Source: a virus. From it: a stretch of DNA of 64,000 nucleotides. The stretch is from the IMG/VR virus record IMGVR_UViG_3300043570_004127, positions 64,001 to 128,000 of that record; one strand, written 5' to 3'. Below are positions 8,373-17,403 of the stretch, piece by piece; position 1 is the first letter of the stretch; each line of letters starts with the position of its first letter. The notes below the pieces were generated by a model. That model was not told the DNA's origin and searched no databases. It worked only from the letters and a program-made list of their open reading frames with translations. A program made the position numbers and the translations under genes.

Positions 8373-10682
8373 TTATTCATTGTTTAAAAGTTTTTCAAGT
8401 TCTTCCTGGTGCAGCTGTTTTATTGCTTCAATATCAATATTTATGAATTGCGACCTAGCGAAGTCTGCTAAGTCGAATTTCTCCGGATTACGTCCTTCGT
8501 CAATGTCAATCTGATAAGCAATTTGGAGCGTATCCCGGATGTCCCTGGCTTGAGAACTGGTGACCGAATCGATGGTGTTTTTTTCAAGGAATTTGGGGTT
8601 TTGAATTTTCTTTTTATTAAGGAATGATTCTCTTTCATTTTTCAAAAGTTTTGCAACCATCGCACTAGTTAATTGCTCTGAATCAAGCAGGGTGGCATCT
8701 CGTAGTTCTTCTGTTAAATGTTTTAGTGTTGTTGCTCGAGATATCTTTTCATCCACCTTTGAGTCTACTGTTTCCAGAATTTTATCTACTACGTATTCAG
8801 GTATTTTTGAATAATCGTCGCTTTCTCGAACCACCGACGTAGATTTCGGGATTGGACTAAGTCCAAAAGATGACCTTAGGTCGTCTTCTATTTGTTTTAT
8901 TCTCCTGTCAAACTCCGAGATTAATTTGCCTTCATCGTTCTTAAAGGCGAGACGAACACCAACCTCCTGCCCTTTACTGTTTTTTGCTGTGACATAAGGG
9001 TTATTCAACCATGAGTTATATCTCTCCCAATACTGGGATGGATTTATTTCTTTGGAAAATGTACCGAGAAAGTCGCGCACTTGTTGGGCTGCTGCAGTTT
9101 GGGGGTTTGCTGGGGTTTCGGAATGTGTAAAAACAACACCGAATGGGTCGTATAGAGCCCCATGGTCACTTCCTGATTTTCCCCACAGGAGCCCCAATTG
9201 TTCTATTTGTTTAGAAACTTTTTTTAATTGCGGAGCATACCCAGTCCCATATCTAGCATACTCTATCCCCCCAAATTTTGCGAATCCAATTTCAAAATTT
9301 CGTTTGCTATGTGCGTTTATGTACTTCAATCTGGTTGAGTCATCTTTCCACCAGAAAGTTAAACCACTAGATGGGTCACGTTTTCCTTGCGTAAAATATT
9401 TGAAATTGTCAATATCTTTTTGCGCCCATTTTTTAATAAATGGTAATTCTTTATGTGTGTCGCGTTGAGGTCCACCGCCAACGGCTTCCCTAAATGCTTT
9501 TGGACTTATTCCAAGTCCGGCCATCGCACCGGTGATTCCACCATTTTTCAGGTGTGACGAACGGGTGTGATAGTTATCTGGATTGTTCCAAAAAACATCA
9601 TTTCCTATTCTGTATCCTGCATCGCGAAGTGATTGAGCCATTTCTCTCGTTGAATTAAACTCGTCATTTAGTCCATGCAGCTGCATTGAGCGAGCGATTT
9701 TGAATAGTCGTGCTCCGTTTATGTTGTTTGTTGGGTCTTGACCGCCATCGAAATCCGGGTTAGCAATCCAGTCATGTTTTTTTATATCCCAGGCCATCGA
9801 CTGTAAGTAGAGCCCAGCTGCCGTCCTTAGTGATTCCAGGTATTCTGGATTGTTCTTTAAATCCTCTAATGGCTTTCCGCTGATGTCGTACCTAAAACCA
9901 TATCCGGCGCTTCCTCTGTCTATTGGGAATGTCCACCAATCAAAGTGCTGCTTGTGAAACTCTGCCCAATTTCTACTGTCGGCCCATGTTTTGAATTTCC
10001 TAGTTTGATTTGCCTGTTCCGATACAAGGCTATCAATTCCGCCAAATGGGGTGTTGTTTGTTTTCGCAACGTACTGTTTTGGTTTAGGTTTTTTGAACCT
10101 ATCCATCATCCCCATTTCGCCAGTTATTGAGTCACCTGGCGTTGGGTCTGGCATCTCTCTGGAGGTGCCATCAAAAATTAGGCCATTACTATTTGCATCA
10201 TTGCGTGTTAATGGGTTTTGGTCGCCGGTTATTTTTGCATTATTAAGAATTCGTCTTCCGATTCTGGGAAGAGCTTTTCCGGTTATGGCATCCCTATTTA
10301 TCCCGCCGTTTGTTATTGGAGGAATAATCCCACCACCAAAAGCCGTAACCGTACTCCCAGAAGGAGTCGGAGGGGGATTTAATATATCAGTATCAAGTCT
10401 TTCTCCAGAAAACGCTGCTCGACGTCGTTTTTTCTTTTTTACTCGTTTTGGAATAACTTCTTCAGTGTTTAGCTCCTTACCAGAACCGCCACCCGTCGAA
10501 CCGCTGTATGAATAGTGCGCACTGACTAATCCGACGCCATCGACAGATACTGGAGCATCAATCAATCGCTCTTTTAACTTCTCCCAGCCAGAAACGTTCT
10601 CTCCACGCAGCTTTCGTTTTTTTCGATTCTTGCGTTTTGGTGAAGATATCTCCGGCGTAATTTGTTTACTTTTATTATCCAT
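8373..10682 (-). CDS. 769-aa multidomain putative virion polyprotein with an OGFr-like module and a HicA-like module
   Basis: Long ORF. HFDWWTFP...NGARLFKIARSM follows SITGEM. GLLWGKSGSDHGALYDPFGVVFTHSETP follows GITGAM. Confidence 0.7.
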   Translation of the reverse strand: MDNKSKQITPEISSPKRKNRKKRKLRGENVSGWEKLKERLIDAPVSVDGVGLVSAHYSYSGSTGGGSGKELNTEEVIPKRVKKKKRRRAAFSGERLDTDILNPPPTPSGSTVTAFGGGIIPPITNGGINRDAITGKALPRIGRRILNNAKITGDQNPLTRNDANSNGLIFDGTSREMPDPTPGDSITGEMGMMDRFKKPKPKQYVAKTNNTPFGGIDSLVSEQANQTRKFKTWADSRNWAEFHKQHFDWWTFPIDRGSAGYGFRYDISGKPLEDLKNNPEYLESLRTAAGLYLQSMAWDIKKHDWIANPDFDGGQDPTNNINGARLFKIARSMQLHGLNDEFNSTREMAQSLRDAGYRIGNDVFWNNPDNYHTRSSHLKNGGITGAMAGLGISPKAFREAVGGGPQRDTHKELPFIKKWAQKDIDNFKYFTQGKRDPSSGLTFWWKDDSTRLKYINAHSKRNFEIGFAKFGGIEYARYGTGYAPQLKKVSKQIEQLGLLWGKSGSDHGALYDPFGVVFTHSETPANPQTAAAQQVRDFLGTFSKEINPSQYWERYNSWLNNPYVTAKNSKGQEVGVRLAFKNDEGKLISEFDRRIKQIEDDLRSSFGLSPIPKSTSVVRESDDYSKIPEYVVDKILETVDSKVDEKISRATTLKHLTEELRDATLLDSEQLTSAMVAKLLKNERESFLNKKKIQNPKFLEKNTIDSVTSSQARDIRDTLQIAYQIDIDEGRNPEKFDLADFARSQFINIDIEAIKQLHQEELEKLLNNE

Positions 10683-10691
10683 ATAGCTTTA

Positions 10692-11075
10692 TTAATGCCG
10701 GTCAGAGTCTTCTATTTCAACGCTTGGATTATCTTTTATGTACATATCGATAGCAACCATGCGATTCCCGTTGGAATCCTTTATGTACTTTTTTGCTTCT
10801 TTTATTTCTTTGGAATACTCTTTCTCCAGTGCCGCGTATGGACGAAAATTATCTGGAATTTGAGTTTGTAGAAGTTTGTTCCCGGCGGACCAAAGTTCCC
10901 AGGCTTTCTCCATAAAAGAATTTCTTTTTTCCTTGTTGACCGAAAGGCACATAGGAGGAAAGTCTGCCATATCTTCAAAATCCGATATCGGCAACTGAAC
11001 CTTTCTCAACAACTCTTCATAGGAGCGTAATTCATCTACTGTAAAATTTTCGTAGTTAATCATGTTGCCGTCCAT
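10692..11075 (-). CDS. Hypothetical protein (127 aa)
   Basis: Packed tightly between the 2108-aa and 769-aa genes on the same strand. Confidence 0.7.
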   Translation of the reverse strand: MDGNMINYENFTVDELRSYEELLRKVQLPISDFEDMADFPPMCLSVNKEKRNSFMEKAWELWSAGNKLLQTQIPDNFRPYAALEKEYSKEIKEAKKYIKDSNGNRMVAIDMYIKDNPSVEIEDSDRH

Positions 11076-11076
11076 C

Positions 11077-14000
11077 CTAAAACCAATTACTTGGACTCAA
11101 TTGAGCCGTTTTCCCATTTGGGTATTGTATCGCCCCTAGAAGGGGGGCGTAGTCGGTGTAGTCTTTTATTGGTTTATTCTCCATAATCATTGAAGAGCGA
11201 TTAAGCATAATGATTCTTCCTATTGAACCATTTAATGCGTGTTTCCATATTTGGGATGGTGTTATCGAGGAATCACTGATTCCTTCTGCGGCAAAACCAT
11301 CGTACCCCATCATGGTTGCAATGTTTTCTCCTCGCATAAACAATTGAGAGCGTATAGCTCTAATTATTTTTTTATTGTTGTCTGTAGCGCTTTGTAGACC
11401 AGCTGATTCATCTTCAAGCATTTTCACAAGGTCGCTAACGTGTGTCATTCTCTGTTGCAGCCATGCATTCCATAGGTCTTTTGTTTCCTCTATTTCCCGC
11501 AACTCATCAACCGACATTGCTGCAGCTTCCGAGATTCCTGGGAAAAGTGCTTCTCTCATATTTCTATCTAATCTCCCGTCTCTATTCATGCCCTCAATGG
11601 TTACGGCGCCCCAGCTAGCATCTGGTCTTTGACCTGGGGCAACAGGCGTACCTTTGGCGGTAAGTCTATCTATATGTGCGTCGAGCTCGACTATTTGCTG
11701 ACTACTCAATGTCTTGCTGTTTGGATTTAGTTTCAAACTGTCTACTGGAATGCCGTATATGCTTGATTGTCCATGGGATGAGTTCGTTCCGTTTGGGGCA
11801 TTCGGTGCACCAAGTGCGTTATATAGCGACCAAAGAGCTTCATAGCTTTCTCCGCTGTTTCCGCCTCCCTCTCCGCCAAAGATGCTTCCAAACTGCTTTC
11901 TGTTTACCAATCTTGACTCTTGCGAGAGGACCGCAACCATAGACCCACCCTGGTGACCGTGGTACGACTTCCATGCACTCGGGCTTTGGGACCAATACTC
12001 TCCCCTGCCGCTAGCGTTTCCGCCCTGCCCAGGTATAAACCGGTCTCCAGTTAAGGCATCGTTCACCATTTGCAACTGCACTGAAGCCGGTGCTCGTTGC
12101 TTGCCACCGACGCCTCTTGAAATAACGACATATCTTGGTTGACCGTCGGTCTCGACTTCCTTCAACATCTCGATAATTTCTTCTCTACTGGCGAGTACGG
12201 GGAAGCTATTAAATCCGTTGAATTGCCAAACAGCACCGAGGTGTGCGGTACCGGCATCCGGATAAACAATTCCAGCTATCCGTGAACCTTGAGGTCCGAC
12301 TATTGGCTGGTTTGGATTTGCCAAACCAGCGTCATAAATTTCTCCCAATACATCCAACATATCAATTTGCTCGTCGCTTATTGTTGCTGGCGCACCATGG
12401 GTAATAAATTCAAACAGCGTTTGCGCTCGGTGGTCGTCTCTTATTGTTATTATTTCACTTGCAGTTCTTAGTGCCTGTGGTGGCGTTGGCGAATTCCACG
12501 GGTCGAGAATTGATGGTTGATTGTCATACAATCCTTCTGCTCTTGGTAAACCCTGCGCTGCACGCGCAGCAACCCGTCGCGTTCTTTCGTTGGAACGTTT
12601 GGCTCTGTCTTCCATGCCAATTCTTATTGCATTTTCTATTGCAGCAAGAGCTGGAGGATTATTAACTATATGTTTTTCCAGTAGGTGGGCAGCCTGCTCA
12701 GCAATTGCTCCTTGGAAAATATAAATATCCTGGAGACCTTTATTGCGTCTCTTGTTCGTTGAAAGCTCTCTTCTCCATCCGCTCAAAGCATTGTCGCGAG
12801 CATCAACTGCCGTGGCGTGCACAGCAGAAATATGTCGTTGTGCGTCAAGCCAGGCCGAATTTGCTTTTTGTCTTAAAGTGTCTATTTCTTGCTGTGTGCT
12901 GCCGGGAATTGGATTGTTGGCTGCATGCTCTAACTGAAGCGCGCGATTGATTGGAATAGTCATTCCAGCGGTTGTTGTTCTCGAGCGATAGCTTCCATCA
13001 GGAAGATAGAACTCACCGATTGGTAAATTAGGGTCAAGACCGAGTCTTTCTACATTGAAGCTACCAGCATCTAAATATGCATTATTCGGATACGCTGCTC
13101 CATCGGCAATAAGTTTGGTGGTTGTAGGGCTCGCGTTTGTTATGGAACGCGAGAGCCAATTTGCTCCATCGAGAAGTTCGTTTGAAGTAGCCGCGTTTTG
13201 GAGTAACTGCACAGCTATTGTTGCGTCTAAATCTTTGAGTAATGGAAATACTGGCTGAGTCACGTCATTAGTAACGCGTGCACCTCTTGTGTCTATGTAA
13301 GACAATTCGCTCAGGGGTGCTTCCGTCTGGGCACTAATTTTTTTATTTCCACCTTTTTTGTGTTCTTCAAAACGCTTCCTCACTGCGTTCCTGAATGAAC
13401 TAATTACACCTATGTAGTGATTTTTGGCAGCGGCAGTTTTGGGTTTTACTGTTATATCTAGTGACGGTGTGTTTGGGTCGACGCCTGGCGCTACTCGTAG
13501 TACCGGTATTCCTTTTGTTAACGCGTTATTGGTGTCCACCGCTATATGTGGGAATATATTCCCAACCCCTGCCCCACCGTCGAGTACGAGTGGTTTTGGG
13601 GTGTAAATGGAATGCTGGTCAATCGGAAGATTTGATAAATCTTCAACAAACTCCCCGGTTGATGTGTCAATGTAAAGTCCTGACTTGGTATCAAAAACGA
13701 TTCCCAACGCTGAGTTGCCCACTCCTGGGGTAATTGTCTGTCCGGTTCCAGGGGCTCGCGGTATAGGTGTCGTCGTTGGTATTACTGGTGCACTTGGCGT
13801 AACGCTTGGAGCGATTGGGGGAGTTGGGACGGGAGGAGTAGAAGGAGTCGATGTTGGGGTAGGAGGGGCCGACGGGGTAGGAGAAACTGGAACTGGTGAC
13901 GTAGCACCACCACCCGGAGTCTGTGGGGTGTTCCCTCTATTTGGACCATACGGTGTGTACGGTCTGCGTTTAACCGGGTCAACTCCTGTTCCCGTTATCT

Positions 14001-17000
14001 TTGCATTGTCCATCACTCTTTTGCGCAAAGATGGTTTTAGGTCGTTGATTAGGTTGTGGTCTTTTGTTGATTCAAAATCAGTTAATACCAAAAAGTTATG
14101 GAGATTGGTTTCTTCTATTCCGGCTCGCCTTGCGTCTGTTTTCGAAAGATTATCTATCCAACTAAGCAATTCGTCTTCGGTTAGTGGGTTTGTGTCGCCA
14201 ACTGCTTTGCCTAATTTCTTCCTAAAACTATCTTCTCTGTAGTCCAGTTCTTTCTGCATTTCTGAAGAAAGAAGTGATTTGTCAAGAGCACTCAGTGTCG
14301 ATGCGTCTGGTAGTTCTGGTCCTGTCGTGGTTTTGCTGAAACGCAATCCACTTCTAGTACTGCTGTTTGTAACAGAACGAACTCTCGCTCTTGTTGATGG
14401 TACTGCCTGCTGTTGCTGCTGGTTCGCTGGTCTTCTAAACCTACCTAAAACGCGTTGTATGAAAGTAGGTTTGGCATTTTGTGCTGGAGTTTGACTTTTT
14501 TGAATTTCATTTTTTATGTAATCGCTAGCAATGTATTTAACTTCATCGTTGCCATTTGCATCCGTGATTACGACAGCAGAAACAATGTGGTGCCCTTCGT
14601 CATCGAGAAAATGTGCCGTAGAGGAATTTGAATCTTCAATGTAGATTGGAGGCTGATACGGGTAGTTATTGTTTGGCTTAGGATTTCTCGTGCTGTATCT
14701 TATGGTGTTCCCTTTTGAATCCACCTGTTCAATCGTAAGACCAAAATTGGATACGGCACCCTGTGTCGGAGAAGGGCCATTCGGGTCATTGAAAGCTTTT
14801 GACCACTCATCAATTATTTCTTGTAATTCTTTTTGATTAGCGTCATCAAAGGAATCTGGTAATAGAGGTTTTCTATTTGGGTCTGTCAAAAGATTGTTTA
14901 GCTCAAGTACGCCACCAAAGTTTGATTCATCTTTAGTCCATACCGAGGCAGGTACTCCCTGTGGTGGCATGAGGTCCTGGAGAAGGATGTCAATTCTTGG
15001 GTCTCCATTGTAGATATGGCGAGCGGAAAGGTTCATTGACGGTGAGACTCTTTGTCCACTTAGTCGTGGGTCGAGAGGATAATTTTGAGGGGGCGATGCA
15101 TAGTTGACTTCGTCTTGTGGATTTACTGGCTCTTGTCTAATTCTGCTAGCCATACGTCGCATGAACTTGGCTGCTCGTTCTCTCCGTGCGTCTGTGGCTC
15201 TTGGTCTTCTGCCCTGTAGTTCTCTGATTGCGCGTTCTGTGTCAGTTGGTGGAGGACCAAATATCCCAGTCGACTGACCGATTCTCTGGACGATTCCTGG
15301 AGTATTCGGTTTACTGCCACGATTTTTGCGTTTGTTGTTATTTTTTGGAGCCCTTACTTGTCCGCCAGCAATGCCAGCACTTTGGCTCGTGTTGTTAATT
15401 TTTGAGATGCGTCTATTTTTTCTTCTATCTGGATTGACTAAATCATCTGCTGTTTGCCGCATTCGCCGAGCTATTGCTGCGCGCCTATTCGAACCTCGTC
15501 TGCCAGTTCCGGTTGAAAGCAGTTCATTAACTGTTTCCTCCCCAATTATTAAGGCGTCGTTTCTATCAAAGGGGTCTAATCTTCTACCTATATCGGGATT
15601 CGGCTGCCTGCTTCCATCAGCCGCGAATTCAAATAAAAACTCTTTTGCTATGGATGAATTGTAATCAATTGCATACATCTCATTCGGGGTTATATAGGCA
15701 GGAATATTATTGTCAAAGTATCTATTAGCACTATCGGTGAGTTGTTGCGTAATTTGAGTCGACCTATTGCCAAGCCATTTCTGCGTATCTATCATTCCCT
15801 GGAAATCAAAAAATTCACCAGTTGCGTCATTGTAATAAATACCGTTATCAGCAATATCTAAAGGTATTGTTCCACCATTTGTTCTCAGCTCATCAGATAT
15901 TAACTGGTCTGGTCTCGTATATTTTCTGTTAAAAGAATTTGCTGGCGACAGGAAATCTTCTGTTTCCTTTCGAGTGAGAACTTTTGCCCCACTGTAGTTT
16001 GCTAGAGCATCACGATATGCATCTATAGTATCTATTTGTTTTTGATTGCCGTAAAGATTACTCGTCACTTTAGCTGTATGGAGTATGTCTAGTCGTTCTT
16101 TTTGAGTTATGTAATCACCGATTACATTCGTTAGGTCGTATCCTGTTTTGCTTACATCTAATGGGTCACGCACCCCGATAAGTTTGAGTTCGTTTACTAC
16201 TTCGTCCGAATCAATCATCTCGTCAAGGTTTATCAACAAGCCATCTCCCAACAGAATGGAGCCATTGTTGGAAAGTTTCTTAGGAAGTATTCCGCCGGTG
16301 TGCCTGTATTCCAGTGGGATTTTCTTATCTCTTTTAAATTTATTGTCTTTGGGGTTTGGTGTAGAAGTTGGAATTCTTCTGGCTGCTCTGCGGGAAGTCG
16401 CCGTATTGAAAGCGTCATTTCTTATGTCGTTTCCGACACGCGCTATAACAGTTCCAGCGGCGATGCGAGCCCTGTCTCGACGGGTCATGTCGGGATTGAG
16501 AGAACCATATACATCTCTTGCGGTTGGATTTGCGGCGCGGAGTTTTTCTTTTGCGGTGCGCTTATTTATTTTTTCAACACGTCTCGCAGCACGACGCCCA
16601 AATTTTTCAACTCGTGCAATTCTTCTTTTTTCTGCCCCTGCTTCGAGTCTTTGTCCTGCTCTCAAAAGGGCTGGCTTGTCAATATTGCTTAGGTCGTCAG
16701 ATGGTTTGGCAATGTCACGCAATGAAGCGCCAATCATCCCACGACCGATTCTTCTAACCATGCCGAAGGTACAACCAGTGCCGAGTCGGTTGGTGTACTG
16801 ACCACCGAACGGAGTGTTGTCTGGACAGCGCCAGCCACCGCCGCCAGGCATATTTGTATCCCAAACAGCACGGACACCCTTCACCTGGAGTGTGAGGCTT
16901 GAATTTTTGCTGTCATGGATGAATGCTCTGGTTTTATAGTTGACTGCAATCTGCTTGTATGCAACATCAATAGACGCCAATCCAATATCCGTAATTGGCC

Positions 17001-17403
17001 AATTAAGGATGTTTTCCTCTACCGAGTAATCATCCTCGATATTGAAATCATCACCAGTGGAACTATTTGCTGGAAAATATGGTGGCGCGCTCTTGGTTTC
17101 GATGATTCGCATCAGAGCTTTTTTCGAAATTTCATTTTTCAGTTCAGCGAAGGTGTTCTGTGAAAATTTTTCCTCTATTGAGTCAATGTCAAGACTGCCA
17201 ACATCTGACATTTCCCCAATCGTCAATGTTAAATCAAGTGATTCACGAATTGCTTCAATCGTCATTTTTTCATTATTGGCCCAGTTTGCCCAAACCTCTC
17301 CCTGGCCAAGTGCGCCAAATGCTATCGGCTCGCTGCTGGACAATACCAAAACGGCAAAAGTTTGCTTTGTTAGTTTGTCTTCAATTAATGCAACTTGTCT
17401 CAT
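11077..17403 (-). CDS. 2108-aa putative virion/ejection protein with a C-terminal ADP-ribosyltransferase-like domain
   Basis: Long ORF with an RCP...GGQYT...C motif and a Pro/Thr-rich linker. The C-terminus (GFNSFPVL...ISRGV...GQGGNASGRGEYWS...MGYDGF...IIMLNRS) resembles ART-like domains of phage MuF/polyvalent proteins. Confidence 0.7.
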   Translation of the reverse strand: MRQVALIEDKLTKQTFAVLVLSSSEPIAFGALGQGEVWANWANNEKMTIEAIRESLDLTLTIGEMSDVGSLDIDSIEEKFSQNTFAELKNEISKKALMRIIETKSAPPYFPANSSTGDDFNIEDDYSVEENILNWPITDIGLASIDVAYKQIAVNYKTRAFIHDSKNSSLTLQVKGVRAVWDTNMPGGGGWRCPDNTPFGGQYTNRLGTGCTFGMVRRIGRGMIGASLRDIAKPSDDLSNIDKPALLRAGQRLEAGAEKRRIARVEKFGRRAARRVEKINKRTAKEKLRAANPTARDVYGSLNPDMTRRDRARIAAGTVIARVGNDIRNDAFNTATSRRAARRIPTSTPNPKDNKFKRDKKIPLEYRHTGGILPKKLSNNGSILLGDGLLINLDEMIDSDEVVNELKLIGVRDPLDVSKTGYDLTNVIGDYITQKERLDILHTAKVTSNLYGNQKQIDTIDAYRDALANYSGAKVLTRKETEDFLSPANSFNRKYTRPDQLISDELRTNGGTIPLDIADNGIYYNDATGEFFDFQGMIDTQKWLGNRSTQITQQLTDSANRYFDNNIPAYITPNEMYAIDYNSSIAKEFLFEFAADGSRQPNPDIGRRLDPFDRNDALIIGEETVNELLSTGTGRRGSNRRAAIARRMRQTADDLVNPDRRKNRRISKINNTSQSAGIAGGQVRAPKNNNKRKNRGSKPNTPGIVQRIGQSTGIFGPPPTDTERAIRELQGRRPRATDARRERAAKFMRRMASRIRQEPVNPQDEVNYASPPQNYPLDPRLSGQRVSPSMNLSARHIYNGDPRIDILLQDLMPPQGVPASVWTKDESNFGGVLELNNLLTDPNRKPLLPDSFDDANQKELQEIIDEWSKAFNDPNGPSPTQGAVSNFGLTIEQVDSKGNTIRYSTRNPKPNNNYPYQPPIYIEDSNSSTAHFLDDEGHHIVSAVVITDANGNDEVKYIASDYIKNEIQKSQTPAQNAKPTFIQRVLGRFRRPANQQQQQAVPSTRARVRSVTNSSTRSGLRFSKTTTGPELPDASTLSALDKSLLSSEMQKELDYREDSFRKKLGKAVGDTNPLTEDELLSWIDNLSKTDARRAGIEETNLHNFLVLTDFESTKDHNLINDLKPSLRKRVMDNAKITGTGVDPVKRRPYTPYGPNRGNTPQTPGGGATSPVPVSPTPSAPPTPTSTPSTPPVPTPPIAPSVTPSAPVIPTTTPIPRAPGTGQTITPGVGNSALGIVFDTKSGLYIDTSTGEFVEDLSNLPIDQHSIYTPKPLVLDGGAGVGNIFPHIAVDTNNALTKGIPVLRVAPGVDPNTPSLDITVKPKTAAAKNHYIGVISSFRNAVRKRFEEHKKGGNKKISAQTEAPLSELSYIDTRGARVTNDVTQPVFPLLKDLDATIAVQLLQNAATSNELLDGANWLSRSITNASPTTTKLIADGAAYPNNAYLDAGSFNVERLGLDPNLPIGEFYLPDGSYRSRTTTAGMTIPINRALQLEHAANNPIPGSTQQEIDTLRQKANSAWLDAQRHISAVHATAVDARDNALSGWRRELSTNKRRNKGLQDIYIFQGAIAEQAAHLLEKHIVNNPPALAAIENAIRIGMEDRAKRSNERTRRVAARAAQGLPRAEGLYDNQPSILDPWNSPTPPQALRTASEIITIRDDHRAQTLFEFITHGAPATISDEQIDMLDVLGEIYDAGLANPNQPIVGPQGSRIAGIVYPDAGTAHLGAVWQFNGFNSFPVLASREEIIEMLKEVETDGQPRYVVISRGVGGKQRAPASVQLQMVNDALTGDRFIPGQGGNASGRGEYWSQSPSAWKSYHGHQGGSMVAVLSQESRLVNRKQFGSIFGGEGGGNSGESYEALWSLYNALGAPNAPNGTNSSHGQSSIYGIPVDSLKLNPNSKTLSSQQIVELDAHIDRLTAKGTPVAPGQRPDASWGAVTIEGMNRDGRLDRNMREALFPGISEAAAMSVDELREIEETKDLWNAWLQQRMTHVSDLVKMLEDESAGLQSATDNNKKIIRAIRSQLFMRGENIATMMGYDGFAAEGISDSSITPSQIWKHALNGSIGRIIMLNRSSMIMENKPIKDYTDYAPLLGAIQYPNGKTAQLSPSNWF

